The position numbers were made by a program, and so were the translations under genes. This document shows positions 35,123 through 48,857 of a stretch of 64,000 nt of DNA, piece by piece. Numbering within the stretch: position 1 is the first letter of the stretch; every line of letters starts with the position of its first letter. The stretch is from Trichoplax sp. H2. Taxonomy: Eukaryota. The notes under the pieces were generated by a model. The model made no database searches. It had not been told where the DNA came from and saw only the letters and a list, made by a program, of their open reading frames with translations. The stretch lies in the NCBI GenBank assembly GCA_003344405.1, contig NOWV01000128.1:124001-188000 (forward strand), written 5' to 3'.

Positions 35123-36935
35123 CTATTTCTATATTATTAATAAATTAACTTCAGGCTAATTATAACATGCTTAAGTGTAATGCTTATGATTGTATACATG
35201 GATTCTGGATATTAATTTACGGCTTCATAGGTTCTCAGTGCCTATTCCTGTAAAAACTTACATTTGCTCATGCTGAGAAATGAATAGTAATAAAATAAAG
35301 AACAATTTTTGTCGGACATCTACTTGACGAGCAATGCTATTAATAATGTTACAGTAAGTCGGCGTACCGTGTTGAAATGGTACAAATCTTGCCAGTGGTA
35401 GCACCACACTCGATTAGGCAGGCCATCGTACAGCCACTTTTGGGATAGCAACGTTTAGGTCTACCAATCCATAACCGTATCATGATTTTGTTGCCTGAAT
35501 AGATTTTCAAGCATTGAGATGCATTGGGCAGCATAAATCAACCTCCTTATAAACTCACGTCAGTGTAGAACAAATTAAATTGGACATTTGATTGCACAAA
35601 CAACGTCAGTGTCCTCTCTATATCGTCGTTCTTGTTGTCTACAATTGCCATGAAGTTGTAAACTGTTTGCTTCCTACATACGCGTAGTGGTACCTAAAAT
35701 GATGAATTCCACTATAGTAAGTGACTACTATTCTGGTGCTACGTCTACCAAGAAACTACTGCAATGCATCCAACGGCATTGGAAGCAGTCCTACCATTCC
35801 AGTGCGAAGAATTCTATGTCAAATCATAACGCAAATGCACAATACACAGAAAAAAGTTCAAGATTGAAATTTTTATTTCAATCATTTTATAATACATACT
35901 TGTGAATCGGTAGATGTACACTGTATAACATGTTCACAACAAGAAGTAGTTAATAGTGTCAATGAATAAGTTTCGATAACAAAATGTTCTTCACCCATGT
36001 TTATTTATTAACATTGACTGCTGATACGTGTATTGACAACGGACTACTAGTAAATACGTATAGAAGCATCTTGAAAATGATGCTGGCAAAATTAATAAAT
36101 AAGTCAAAACTGTCGCCTAATTGATATATTTAACTCAATCGCTCGTTTCTTAGGCTTGCTATTGTTTTACATCGATTACAATAATGAATAAATCATTTGC
36201 AAAAGTAATTGGTAACGATCATTTTGATTGTTTATCTGCGTCCAAAGTAAAATAAGTCAACTGCTTTTGACTCTAATGCTATCTAGGATTATGCGAAGTA
36301 ATGATGGCGGTCAAAATGCCAACTGCAAAATGTCATCTGATGCTGCATGTCAATGCAGTAACCACTTGTCTACGATGAAGGTGAAACTTAAAGCAGTCAT
36401 TGGTTTAAAAATGATTTATAACCGACCACGATGTCCAACTCTAAAACTACCTAATGCATAACCAAAGTTAACTATGCTTGTAACGACGCAGCTAGGATGA
36501 CAATCCTATTGCAATTGCATTCATTCCTTCATTAATTCAACAGAAAAAAAATATAGTCAAACTGTTCACGCTACACCAAGATAAAAACTAGTGACGATAG
36601 CTGTCTTTAAAACTAACTAATAAATAAAATGGTCAGTGAAAAAAAAAGAAAATATAAGTTTACTAAATGGACTAGAGCTGTTGAAGAATGATTCCATTTC
36701 AAATCATAATCCATTCATCAATCAATCACTGAATAATAGATGTTGTAGAATTACTGATAGGCTGATATGTGCAATTCATCCGTAGCTTGAAGGCTAACGT
36801 GGATAGCATGATCCATTCATGAACTATCAAAATGACGTTTACTCGTCTTGTCAAGATGCTGTAAGCCATTATCCACCACAAGACTGCATGCACTTTGCAC
36901 AAGGCTACGCAAGGTAGCCAAGGTGATTGCCCTGG

Positions 36936-37169
36936 TTACGTCTTGGCATGGGCAACATCAACCGATAAATTCCAGTAATAGCTGCAATATTGATAGATAC
37001 GATAAAGATAACTTGGTAGGAAACGATACGTCGTATAACTAGACATGACAAAAATGGTGAGGAAGAGAGTATAGAATAGCACTTTTTCCCAAGTCTGAAA
37101 GGTTATAACGCTAGTGGATAACTCAAATAGAAAACGAAAGCGTTCCAATTTTCGACATAATACAGCCAT
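36936..37169 (-). CDS. SPTSSA: Serine palmitoyltransferase small subunit (SPTssa/b family), single exon
   Basis: 77 aa, MAVLCRKLERFRFLFELSTSVITFQTWEKVLFYTLFLTIFVMSSYTTYRFLPSY. It matches the family pattern (aromatic N-terminus, WE.xxF, one TM helix, YT.Y.F.P). Confidence 0.85.
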   Translation of the reverse strand: MAVLCRKLERFRFLFELSTSVITFQTWEKVLFYTLFLTIFVMSSYTTYRFLPSYLYRIYQYCSYYWNLSVDVAHAKT

Positions 37170-37438
37170 GGCCAATGTTGTGTAAAAAGTGGAATTGTTC
37201 TTGCTTGAAGCTCAGTTCAGCTAGTGGATCGTGTGTAACCAACTCGTCGATATCGACAAGATGGCGATGGAATGGTTTCAATCTTGCAGGAAAATCCAGC
37301 AATTCTTCCAATCTTGCAAGTTAATCCACCGATTTCAGTGAAGTAAAACAGAGCTCGGCAATGGAAGACAGCGTTTCCTCGACGTTTTCCTTTGGCTACT
37401 TTGCTCTTGTCGAGATTGACGGACGACGCGCTTCAATA

Positions 37439-37800
37439 CTGGTAGTCTGAACTCACTGCAACGAGCTACTGCGGTACGTACGTACTTACAGTTCGTGTCG
37501 CAATGGTCGTGTCACAATGGGTCATTCAAAATCTTTTATGTCTTTTGACCTGGTTTGCCTTCAGTGTCGTGTATTGAGTACAGTACTGGAGGGAGGCGTC
37601 ATCCAAGTGACGTGCGATCGCTCGTCACCGGTCGCTGGTAGTCTGAACTCACTGCAACGAGCTACTGCAGTACGTACGTACTGACGGGTCGCGTCACAAT
37701 GGGTCATTCAAAATGTTTCTGTCTTTTCACCCGGTTTGCCTTCAGTACAGTACTGGAGGGAGGAGTCATCCAAGTGACGTGACGCTCGCTCGTCACCGGT
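37439..37800. repeat. Two-copy ~197 bp direct repeat upstream of SPTSS
   Basis: CTGGTAGTCTGAACTCACTGCAACGAGCTACTGC...GCTCGTCACCGGT at ~37439 and ~37636. Confidence 0.9.
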
Positions 37801-38022
37801 TGTCACCCTACTCATTCACTGTTGACACGAGACGTGATCATTCAAACGGTCAAATCAGGTCATCAGAGGTCATTTCATGATTCATCGTACCATGTCACCC
37901 CATGAGCACTGTGATGGTGATTCGTGTACTAATGAAATCAAAATGGCAACCTTGGCGTGTTGATATTTGGATAGGGCCTTTTTTCCATTTTGATTGTACC
38001 TCAATTTTGAGAATGCATTTTG

Positions 38023-38310
38023 ACTGTGCCAAGTACAGTACAGCAGTGCTGTGCTGCCGATCAACTACGTTGAACTGTGCCAAGTACAACAGTACTGTGC
38101 TGTCGATCAACTACGTTGAACTGTGCCAAGTACAGCAGTGCTGTGCTGCCGATCAACTACGTTGAACTGTGCCAAGTACAGCAGTGCTGTGCTGCCGATC
38201 AACTACGTTGAACTGTGCCAAGTACAGCAGTGCTGTGCTGCCGATCAACTACGTTGAACTGTGCCAAGTACAACAGTACTGTGCTGTCGATCAACTACGT
38301 TGAACTGTGC
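38023..38310. repeat. 46 bp minisatellite, 6 copies
   Basis: ACTGTGCCAAGTACAGCAGTGCTGTGCTGCCGATCAACTACGTTGA starting at 38023, 38074, 38120, 38166, 38212 and 38258. Confidence 0.97.
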
Positions 38311-38595
38311 TTATTTACTTTGGACTTTTTACAGGACTTGATATTGCCGCAGGGGAAATGAATTCGGTTTTTCCCGGTACCTAGACAGTTTCGCGTAATG
38401 TCACTGGATGTCATGCTCAGGTACTCAGAAAGAATAGAGCATGACTTGTTACTACTCTACAGTACAGTAGAATGCATGAGTTCTAGTCCGTAAACGCCAT
38501 CATTTGAGACATTTCAGCACATCATCTGCAATATCATGCAAGAAAATCTGATCGGAAAATGGAAAAAAAACTGACTGCTTGAATAAAACTAAGTT

Positions 38596-39060
38596 ACTGT
38601 ACAGTATAATGTACTGTACAGTACAGTACTACAGTACAGTATACTGTAGAGTTGAGAAGAAAACAAAACCGAGTGCGTACTGTACAGTGTACAGTAGGAG
38701 AACTAGAGAACAGTACAAAAATGCATACTGTACATTGTATAGTACTGTACAGTACTGTACTATAGAGTTGAGAAGAAAACAAAACCGAGTGCGTACTGTA
38801 CTGTACAGTACTACACTGTGTACAGTGTACTGTACTGTACACTGTACAGGGTGTAGAAATTCGATCTAGATTTAAAAAAAACAGATAAAATGATCAAAAC
38901 TTTAAGCAGATATACAGTTTTATGGGTTTTATTCGAAAATAAATCATAAAAATATTCACTGACTTATCTAGAAAGAAATTCTACACCATGTACATTGTAC
39001 AGTAGTAGGACAACTACAGTACAGTACAAAAATGCATACTGTACACTGTACACTGTACAA
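38596..39060. repeat. ACTGTACAGT-rich low-complexity tract with internal duplications
   Basis: Dense TACTGTACAGTA. TAGAGTTGAGAAGAAAACAAAACCGAGTGCGTACTGTAC occurs twice and CAGTACAAAAATGCATACTGTACA occurs twice. Confidence 0.9.
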
Positions 39061-39230
39061 TATTACTATCTTCTGCTGACTCCTAACTGAGGCTGCCCAG
39101 TAGCATTCTACCACTCTTAGCATTAAATCTAGTTATAGTAAAAATTGAAAGAAGAGGCTTTAACATACCACAGCTGTTATTGTGTGCTCGTACACGGTAC
39201 AGTAACAGACACTCCTACCCTTAGTCCCTA

Positions 39231-39244
39231 GCTACCATGGCAAC
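39231..39244. promoter_or_regulatory. RFX X-box
   Basis: GCTACCATGGCAAC (reverse complement GTTGCCATGGTAGC) is close to the GTTGCCATGGCAAC consensus and lies ~450 bp upstream of a motile-cilia gene. Confidence 0.75.
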
Positions 39245-39696
39245 GACAACATAAACTCGTATTACAGGGAGAGCAATAAACCAGTGATGAATTCGCCATA
39301 TCTCATAACAAGTAGAGCTGTATCTTTCTATTTAATGGTACCGATATCCAGTATCCTACACGAACATAACCACAGCTATTTCACAGTTGATATCAACCAT
39401 TCCAAGAATTAACCAATCCCGATACGAAAAGGTATTACCATAGATGAAGATGTCCAATCTACCGTAGCTAAAAGTGCTTTCTAATAGTTTCTTAGATCAA
39501 CAAGGACTACCATTGATAATTTTGTGTAATGTATGAACTTGATTCAATCAACGATTAACTTGAACGACTGGTTGAAATCAATACATGCTTACGATACAAG
39601 TTGACAATTGATTGCAGTATTTCCAGCTTTGAGGATACTAATCGACGTTAATACTACGTATTCGTATTTTTATCTAGTCTTAGCAAAGGAGAAAAG

Positions 39697-42692
39697 ATGG
39701 TAGAACCACCATTGGTACAACGCACCATTTCGCCTACAAGCCAAAACGTAAGGATAATCCAGTTTTATCTTCAATTAAGGAAATACTACTACAGTCACTT
39801 TACAATTAAAGCAGTAATACCACTTTTATAAATGTTTTCTAAAGCGAAAACGATAATGTGCGATCTAGGAATGGAGGATCGTAGCCATGACGTAATTGAA
39901 TTTTTTTTGTAATTTCAAAAGCGTACAAACGATGCGTTTAAAAGCCATAAAATGAATCCTGCAGCTGATCCTCGGCTCATGAGGAGAATTATTGCAGAAG
40001 ATCCAGAATGGTATGACAAATTCACCCTTTTTTTTTACAATTGTACATGGTATACGTAACGTATATGTAGAATCATATAACGAAACGCTTTACTGATACT
40101 GTAGATATCAACCATTGAGTATATTGAACATTAAAATCCTAACCGTCTCAATTTTCTTTGTAGGAGTCTTGCTACTGTCCCACTCTTACGCGAATTGTGT
40201 ATTAAACATATTGTTGGTAATTTCAAAGGTACTAAATTGCAACTTGTTTTCCTTTCAATGAAAGTAATATGATGAAGATGAGTCACTGATTCATATGTTA
40301 CGTATCATGCAGAAAATCCCATCCTAGACGGATTAAATACTAAAGATAGAGCCAAAGTTTTACAGTTACTGCCAACGGATGTTCCGATAAGGTAATGGAC
40401 CATTGTCATAAAGTATACTATCAGTTTTATTCCATAGGCACTTGTTACTCGAAGTAAATTATCTTTATGGCTGTATTTTACGCTATCGGAATAGACTAAT
40501 AGAGAGTTATCTATGAATACTCTAGTATATCGGCTGGTTTAATTGAAGATGAGGGCTACTGGAAACGATGTTGCCAAGCCAGATGGCAGATATGTGATGT
40601 TTCCAAACATGGAGGAGATTGGAAGAGAATGTTTTTCGAAAGAAATTTAGAAGGTAAGTAAACCATAGGTGAATATATACTGCATGTTATCAAATACGCA
40701 ATTTTTTTTAAACATCTCGTTACCATGACCACATTAATAAGTTCATTTTTGATAAATTGTAGATCTCATTGAACATTTCGTTCCTGATTCTACCGATCCA
40801 TCCATGGTAATTCTAAAAATGAATACTACTCGAATACTTTATAAACTATCAATTGAATCATTCCTGTTTAATATTAACAATCAATATGCTAAATTCACAT
40901 CATCACACATCATCTTTATTTATCCAGTTATATGATGTTATGAAATTATCAGCAAACTTTATCAGATGCTTGAATATAAAGCAGCTATTACCACCAGTGA
41001 AAAGTGGTTCCAAATTTGAAGATATTTCCGATACGTAAGTAAACTTGACTCAATACTTTCCAATTTATACAGTGTTATCATAACGAACATTGGCCGCTTT
41101 CTTATTTTTAGAAACAGTGATGCTGGTGAAAGTCCCGATGTCGATCATTTCGATTTTAATGAAATTATTAGTAGACTGACAAATCTCCAAGAGCTTCATG
41201 TAACATATGGGTAAATATTGACTAATTTTAATGACTACTTAGTGTTAAGTGTACTTACATTATTGCCTTTTATGTTCTACATCGTTTATTCAAAGTGTGC
41301 GAGACTGTGGAATGAATTTTGAATGGAATCTCTTCAAATTTACGCCCAAAGACTGTTCTCTGTTAGCTAAAGTAAGCCATAATATAATCAAGGATGTTTC
41401 TAAGGCAGATGGCCAGCAGCGTTATAAATATTATTATATTCCTTTCTTTTATAAATTTTAAAATATTTCATGTTACTCATACATATAAGATTCAAGTTCA
41501 ATCCAACTTTTAAATTTTACCATAAAATTCTCTCTTCTCGTCCATTAATCTACAATAAGTAATATATCTAACAATGTCTTAAGATTTACTATAAATCAGT
41601 AGAGTTCCTTTAAATAACTATATTCTTACATCGTATGAAGCACATTACCGTATATTAAATCTTGAGTACATGTTCAATATACCCGGCTATACAGTACAGT
41701 ACACATTCTAACGCAAATGAATACCATTTATTTCTACTTATTAGGCAGTCAAAAACTGTCGTACCCTGAAAGTACTGCGTTTACATAGAAGTGGTGTTAC
41801 CGATGAATTAGTCAGAGTTCTAATAAGCCATTTACTGGATCATCCTGCATTAATCGCACTCGGTAAGTCAAGTGCGATAGTTTTCATAGTCAATTTATAT
41901 CATATTCTGACAAAATGTCTTCTATTGCTATGCTTTTATAAAGATCTATCTTATAATAAAATAAGTGATAGTGGTGCCAGAGCAATTGGAAAATTTTTAA
42001 ACGGTCATAGTAAGCTTATTCATCTTAACTTATGCGGTAATCAAATTCACGGACCGGGAGCTTCTGCAATTAGCCACGCATTACAAAAGAATGCAACTTT
42101 AAGAACTCTAAATATCCGAGTTAACAGGTTACAGCCTAGATATAATTTTTAAAGTTTATGCTCTTTCTTAACCCTATCATAACTTTTCATTGCAATTGTA
42201 TAGATTAAGTGATGAGGGAGGTCAGGCATTGTGCAAAGCATTAATGAAAAACAAAATTCTTTCCCTTATGGATATCGGAGCAAATGATTTAACAGAACCG
42301 ACAGCAATGGCTTTAGCCAAGGTAATCTTAAGATAATCAATCTAACATAGTTATTCATGTTCAAATATAAATATTTCTTTCGTTATTTATTTCCAAAAGG
42401 TTATTCTCCATAATAAAGTAATTACGTCCATAAATCTGTCTTGCAACAAACTCGGACCGGTAAATCAAATATTTATGTTAGAATTGTATTTAGAATCATG
42501 CTACTTGAACTTATTTTCATTAACGCTTTTATTGGAAAGGATGGGGGAAAAGCACTGCAAGAGAGCATGGAAGAAAATCATAGAATTATCAATATGGATT
42601 TAAGATTGACTGAAGTCGGCCAGGAAAGCGAATACTGCATCAATCAGGTCTTAAAGCGTAATAAAGAAAACCTTATACATAGATTTCATTAA
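39697..42692 (+). CDS. TCTE1: T-complex-associated testis-expressed protein 1 / dynein regulatory complex subunit 5 (LRR protein, 14 exons)
   Basis: MRRIIAEDPEW|SLATVPLLRELCIKHIV, EDEGYWKRCCQARW, GGDWKRMFFERNLE, YGVRDCGMNFEWNLF, LRR repeats and DLRLTEVGQESEYCINQVL. Confidence 0.93.
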
Positions 42693-43733
42693 AAATAAAA
42701 TTTTAAGACCCTGTGCTAGATTAATTGGTTGTAATAATTTTACTCTGACTTGGTATGAGGTGTAAGCTTTGGCCGCGTACTCGCAGTATCCATACGTATA
42801 TTATGTAAATTTATAAATATTTTAAAAATTACTTACATCTAGTTTTTCACTGAAACTTTTAATCATTTATATTAACATTTGACCAATGTACAAACGATTA
42901 TACTTCATATACAGTATTTAACAAACAGTCTAGCAATACATTTCATATGTCAATTAATGATCAACCATCATTTCTGGATAGAAATTGAAGTATAGCAATG
43001 CCATATATAACGGTAGAATACTTTTCAAATTATGTAACAATTTATTGCTAACCGTAAGAATTTCATTGATGCCAAATTTTAGCCAGATAATGATTTACTC
43101 GTATATACAGGACTGTTTTTACGTAACGTTTATGTCAAATTTGAAATAAAACCTCTATGCAGTAATCTGGAGCTGATGGTATAGCCAAGGTATGCGAAAA
43201 TAAAATTCATCAACGCAATGATAAGTTTTAAGGAGATGATCGATTCATGTCCTAAAGAGCGATTGATCAATTAGGGGACTCGGAATATCCAAATAAATTG
43301 ATTTCATCTTAGGCAACATATAATGCTATAACTTCGTGATGGTCCAATTATTTAAATATTTTTATTCGAAACAAAATAAACTACCCATGAAATAGTTACC
43401 AGCTTCCATTCAACCTATTTTAAATTTATATAATTAAGGTGTATCATGTCATGCATATTAACACCAAGAGTACAAAATGTTTACACTAAAAGAAATTCAC
43501 GTAATAAATTAGATTAAATAGTATAATCACATCCATATAATGTACTCTAGTTCACCAGATACAAGAGGAACAATGAAAACTTGAAATAGACTAGAAATGG
43601 ATAAGACCACTTTAGTCAATTGTAAGAGCAATATTTTTATTTTGCCTGTGGCCAAAACGAGCTCTACATAAGCAATGTTCATATTTATTACTTTATGATG
43701 GAATTAGAACTAGCTAACAGCAACACTCAAATT

Positions 43734-46700
43734 CTAAAATATTGCCTTTAGAAGTTTATTAACAAAATCCATGTTTTGGTCTCCGGCAATAACGATATCA
43801 TATTTTGCCTTATACGAATCTAACAATTCGTTCACCTAACAAGTATACACATTTTTGAATTTAGAATGCAATCAAATATTGGCATGCAAGTGTCTTTGAC
43901 ACATATTGTTATGATATGTCAGCAAAATGCTCTACGTAAAATCAAAGGTTTAAAATCGAATTATACATTTACCTTTGTATTTAGAAAGCCAATAGAAACT
44001 TGATTTCGTAAGTAATCAATACCATCAGCCATATTCAAATCACCTTCCGTATCGCCCATCAATATCAAATTGTAACGTTCCTGTGTACATATATGATTAC
44101 AGAAAGTGCAAGGAGTTAACAATCTATCGTGGTAAGGTCGTACCTAGTATGATAATGTTTATTACTTTGTTCTTTTTAAAATAAGACGAATTGTGTTCCG
44201 AAGCTCTAGTCTTATCAAATGAGTGAATTACATCCTCCTGAAATCCGATAAGACTTCCCTATCCAAATAAAAATGTGCCCTTAATAAATCGCAAGTAATC
44301 ACCATCAAGGTTAAAAGACGAAACGAACTGAACTTTACATCGTCACTATAGATCATCATATTTGACAATATTTCCATATTTTCATAGAACATCGATTGCT
44401 GATGAAACCCTTCTCGGATAATATCTAACTCATTACGCGTATGTAAGTATCAAAATAAAGACAAATAGTTAGCAAACTAACTAAATGGTATGTAGTATAT
44501 TGAACCAAATGAGCAAATTAATTGCAAAAATGATAATAAAGAGTTACTTTATAGAGAGCGTAAAATTAGTTACTAAAGCCCCGTCTATAAGGTAATCCAA
44601 CTCTCACCTCCTAAGCCAGCTGATAATATTAATACAGGAATATTATGTCGTTTCAAGGTGGCCATCAGTTCATCCGTTCCCTCTCTGTAACATAATAACA
44701 TTAAAAATAGAAAAGGAATGCGTTCAATTAATAATCATTTACAAGATAGTATCGAAGTACTTAAAATAATACATGAGTTAAAGATTTTAGATGCATTACC
44801 GTAAACGTATACTAGACACTTTCAAGAGCTTGCTCAAATCATTTCTGTAAATATTTGCGCTAACCATCAATTTCTCTGCTTCTTTCCACCTAAACGTGTA
44901 AAATTACATTTCAAATATAATTAGTCATAAATCATTAACAAAAACCAGCAGTGCAGCATAAAAGCTTTATATTTGAAGACGATTTGCTGTAAACGTTTGC
45001 AACTTATAGAGAAATTTCATCGCATACATGTCACTTTTTTATTACAATTCCTAATGCTAACCATGTTGCCATATATGCTGTTTTCTCTTCAAATGTGTAT
45101 TTACTAAATAGAAAATTCAAAATTACTATCTGATGTAAAAAACAGCTTTAATACTGGTTTTAAAGACACAAAATAAATTTCCAAATATAAAAAATTTTTA
45201 CTCTGAAATTTCAATCCCATAGTAATAATCTCTCAATGATTCAGCCTAAAATAAAATTGGAACTGATCAGTAAAAGAATTGCATAAGAAATAGTCTACAT
45301 GGTAAATACTTAATGTTTGCTGCTTTATTAACTTTGTGTATTTAATCCATATCTCAAAGGATTGAAATCATTAGCGAATTAATATAATAGGAATTCACTA
45401 TAATTCACTGGTAATATACAGTAATAGGCTGCATACTATTAGCGTAGATAGCAGATGTATCAATCACTTATAGAGTATTTTTTGAATCATCTAATGAAAA
45501 TGCAAGACAATTTACATAGTCTGGGTATATGTAATGTAGCAAGATAAGTTTAGTCTAACCGCGTCTCTTATTTTCTTGTCAACGAGAGGATTACTATCAA
45601 TAACGCCTTCATAAAGTAAACCGAGTTAGTAACTTTAAATTTTAAATTAAGAAAAATATTTCAATACCATATTCGAAAGTAATTTAAGTAGTAAGAATCG
45701 TTAGTTTTGCAATTACGATAACGATTTGGATATTGAAATATAGAACATATCAAGGTGAATATTTAGAATACAGTACAACAAGTTTCAATTACTGTATGTT
45801 AGCGAAATTATAGCCAATGAGCATATTATACAAATGCATCGACTTTATATCTATGCTACTACAGTTGTATTTTTTATGATATAGATAATTCTGTAAATGA
45901 AGCGATATCAAAAAGTCCATAACATTACCAAAGCTTGTGGCAGCTATTTCGCCTTTGTACATACGATATGTTAAGGTCCAATCATAATCTGTTATAAACT
46001 AAAATATATATAATAATGCCAATTATTTGCGGGCCAGTCAAGGTTCCAAAATAAATTTGATCGAAATGCGGTAATAGTAAATTATTCACAGTACCATAAT
46101 TCAAAATTAACCCTAATCATTTGCAATTACAGTATAAAATTCAATCTATTACATCAAGGACTATTTTGTTATAATGGATTTCTAAAGATACACAGTTATC
46201 CGCTTAATATCTCTACAATAGCATCTAAGTCAACTAAGACAGAAGGATTGACTAATGCTATACAAACCTGAAATTTGTCAGTTCCATCCTTAGCTATCAT
46301 CTGTAACTTGGCAATAGTCCCATCAACATCTCTGCAATATACAGCTGCATGTCGTAAGAGATTCCGTAACTACAGTAATTTATCATCAATAAAGAGTTAT
46401 TAATGCTCTACTACACCGTGGTAAAATGAACGGTAGCAGAGAATTTCTTAACAGCGATAAAGCCATACAAAAGTTACATAACATCGAAGTAGTACATTAA
46501 TTTTACGCTGAGAAGGCACCGACAGCATAAGATTCATGAAATATTACTGTGGAATGTAAATTATTCTGGATAATATTGGTGGTTATTATACGACAAATTC
46601 AATAGTAGATCCATGTTACGCTACAAGTATTTGAAAAATAAGAGACTGCTCCTCTATGTAGGGTATCCTGTACATTGTACGATTGCAGCTGCTGCTGCCT

Positions 46701-47703
46701 GCTACTCTTATCCAACAATAGATCATGATAGCGTAAAATAGCAATCCTACGCTACGACAGCATCACTATCCAACTTTGAAAGTAATCACATCAACATTAC
46801 TATAAGCTTGCAGTGAGGCAGAATTAAGTGTTAAACCTATCGTACGCTACTTCCTACAGCTCGCAACAAACAGATACAGTAGATGCAGTGTCTGCAGATA
46901 GAGTTCCTAGTATTATGATAGCATACAATGTTAATCCTTCTACATGATAGCATAAGGAATAAGCCTGTAGTCGTAATAAAATGAAATTTGTGATATTGAA
47001 AGAGCACAAAATATCCATCCAATAACGTAAGGCATGATACAGACAACGAGGATTGAAGATCGCCGTAGAATTGCTTAATTGAAGGCAGCGAATATTCTTC
47101 ATTGTTGATTGAATCAACCACTACTGAATTCGCGACTACACCATCTGTATTTACTGTATACTAGACTCTATGGTTGCATGGTGAGGAAAGATCGAGTAGC
47201 ATGAACTAAAACTCTACTTCACCCTCAGTGCAAACCCATTGCGTGGTCGTCCATGTTATCCCTCTATTTCGCATCATCGTCACTTGAATAAATATATTTA
47301 TTGACTAATCTACCGCCATCAACCAACCATAACGAACTACTCAGAGTATTCTAACAGTCTCATTAAGTAAGGAGTCAATCTATTACCATGGATAATCTCT
47401 ATTTCTATCATCATAGTCATAGTGATCGAATTACGGCCGATTGTCAGCCATGCTAGCATTTCATTGAGGGTTAATGCAGGCTGGCTGAACATCTTTAATA
47501 ACCTTGCTAAATTCTAGCTACTCCAAGAACACTCCATACCAAACAAACATCAATGTTTACCGACATCCAGTAGTCTATTTATTGACAGGATAATCTCTAT
47601 CCAGCCTTATACATGTGCATTTATATTAACCCTATCAATTCATCTTCATAAGACTAGAATATCAAACCTGATTGTATAATTGTGCGGAAGAACTGCTCGC
47701 CAT
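43734..47703 (-). CDS. NT5C3: Cytosolic 5'-nucleotidase III-like HAD hydrolase, copy A (12 exons)
   Basis: First exon MASSSSAQLYNQ|GT (47703-47668). Motifs ITDYDWTLT, YYYGIEIS, EEKTAYMATWW, LSAGLGD, LSNMMIY, MGDTEGDLNMADG, IGFLN and YDIVIAGD. TAG at 43734. Confidence 0.9.
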
Positions 47704-48857
47704 GATTTCTCTTGGAGGTATTTCCAGGTAGTTGCCTGTATGGCACCAAGTAGAATACAGAACAGGAGACTATGCGGGCTATATCATGTTTCCTAGCAGG
47801 TTTTTGGCCAATTCTAGCTCTCAATCGAAAGTTGCAGCTGAAACTGTCCTGCATTGGCAACACTATGGATTACTATGGCACCGTTGGCATGTTTTCGACA
47901 CTTTATTTTGATCGCCTGACAACTGGATTTGCTGGGCACTATCGAACTCGCCAAATATCCTATTTGCGACTCTGTACTACCTGCGGATTTGTAGATGTGT
48001 TGCATTACTACTAATATGAGCCCATGGTAGTTGCTAATTGTAGAAATTACAGTATCTAGCATTTCTGTGGACAGCATATCGATTGAAAATCAGGTAAAAA
48101 TGGACATAATCAGCAAAGATTACTGTGTGCAAGTGGGAGAGTATTTGATATCGATAAATAGACCACTGTAGTATAACTAATTCTTGTCAGTAGAGGTACC
48201 AAGTTGAATTACTGTAGTCAAATCGACCTTAACTTGCTATTCAATATATTCAAAACTGCCAGGGATTGCAAATAGCGAACGGAACCCAATAATAATAATT
48301 CAAAACATTGACTGCATGACCACTTGCCTTGAGCAACTTAGCCATGAATGAAATAATAAATATGATATAAATAATATACTTTTTCAAAATTATACGGTAT
48401 AAGTTAAGGTCTTTAATTTTACCAAGTCGAAGAATATTTAATTATACTGTGTGACTCAAGAAATACGATATAAGACAATAGAACAAGCTGTTAGGCGATC
48501 CAATTTTAATCATGCTGGTATAAAATTATAAAATTATTCAATAAGAAGAAAACAAGCTTATGCTTAATTTTTTATACATGTTATTGTGTATGCGCAATTA
48601 CATACTGCACAACAAATACGTAATCTAAGTATTACAGTATATCGTAAAGGTAAAATACATGTTAATAAAATAGTTTATCTATAAAAATTTACGCAAGAAA
48701 CCCTAACATCAAGTTCATTGATCACTTTCCAATTCAAGCTATGTATGCAGCCTGAGATCCTACTCGAAAATAAATAATGTTATGGTATTTGATGAAGAGG
48801 AGGATTGACTCAAGTTATAGATGGTCGGACTTTTCTCCAGATCTCCTGCGTGATGGA

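Noticed and set aside
38023-38310. CRISPR-like regular repeats
   Set aside because: The units are contiguous with no unique spacers, there are no cas genes, and the context is eukaryotic.
37123-38869. ORFs at 37123-37311, 37882-38165 and 38579-38869
   Set aside because: They overlap the SPTSS leader or arise from minisatellite and low-complexity sequence, with no recognisable protein signal.
46837-48077. Overlapping ORFs near the NT5C3 copy A start
   Set aside because: They fall in intron 1 or upstream of the 12-codon first exon identified by paralogue comparison. A faint resemblance of 47772-48014 to LINE N-termini is too weak to call.
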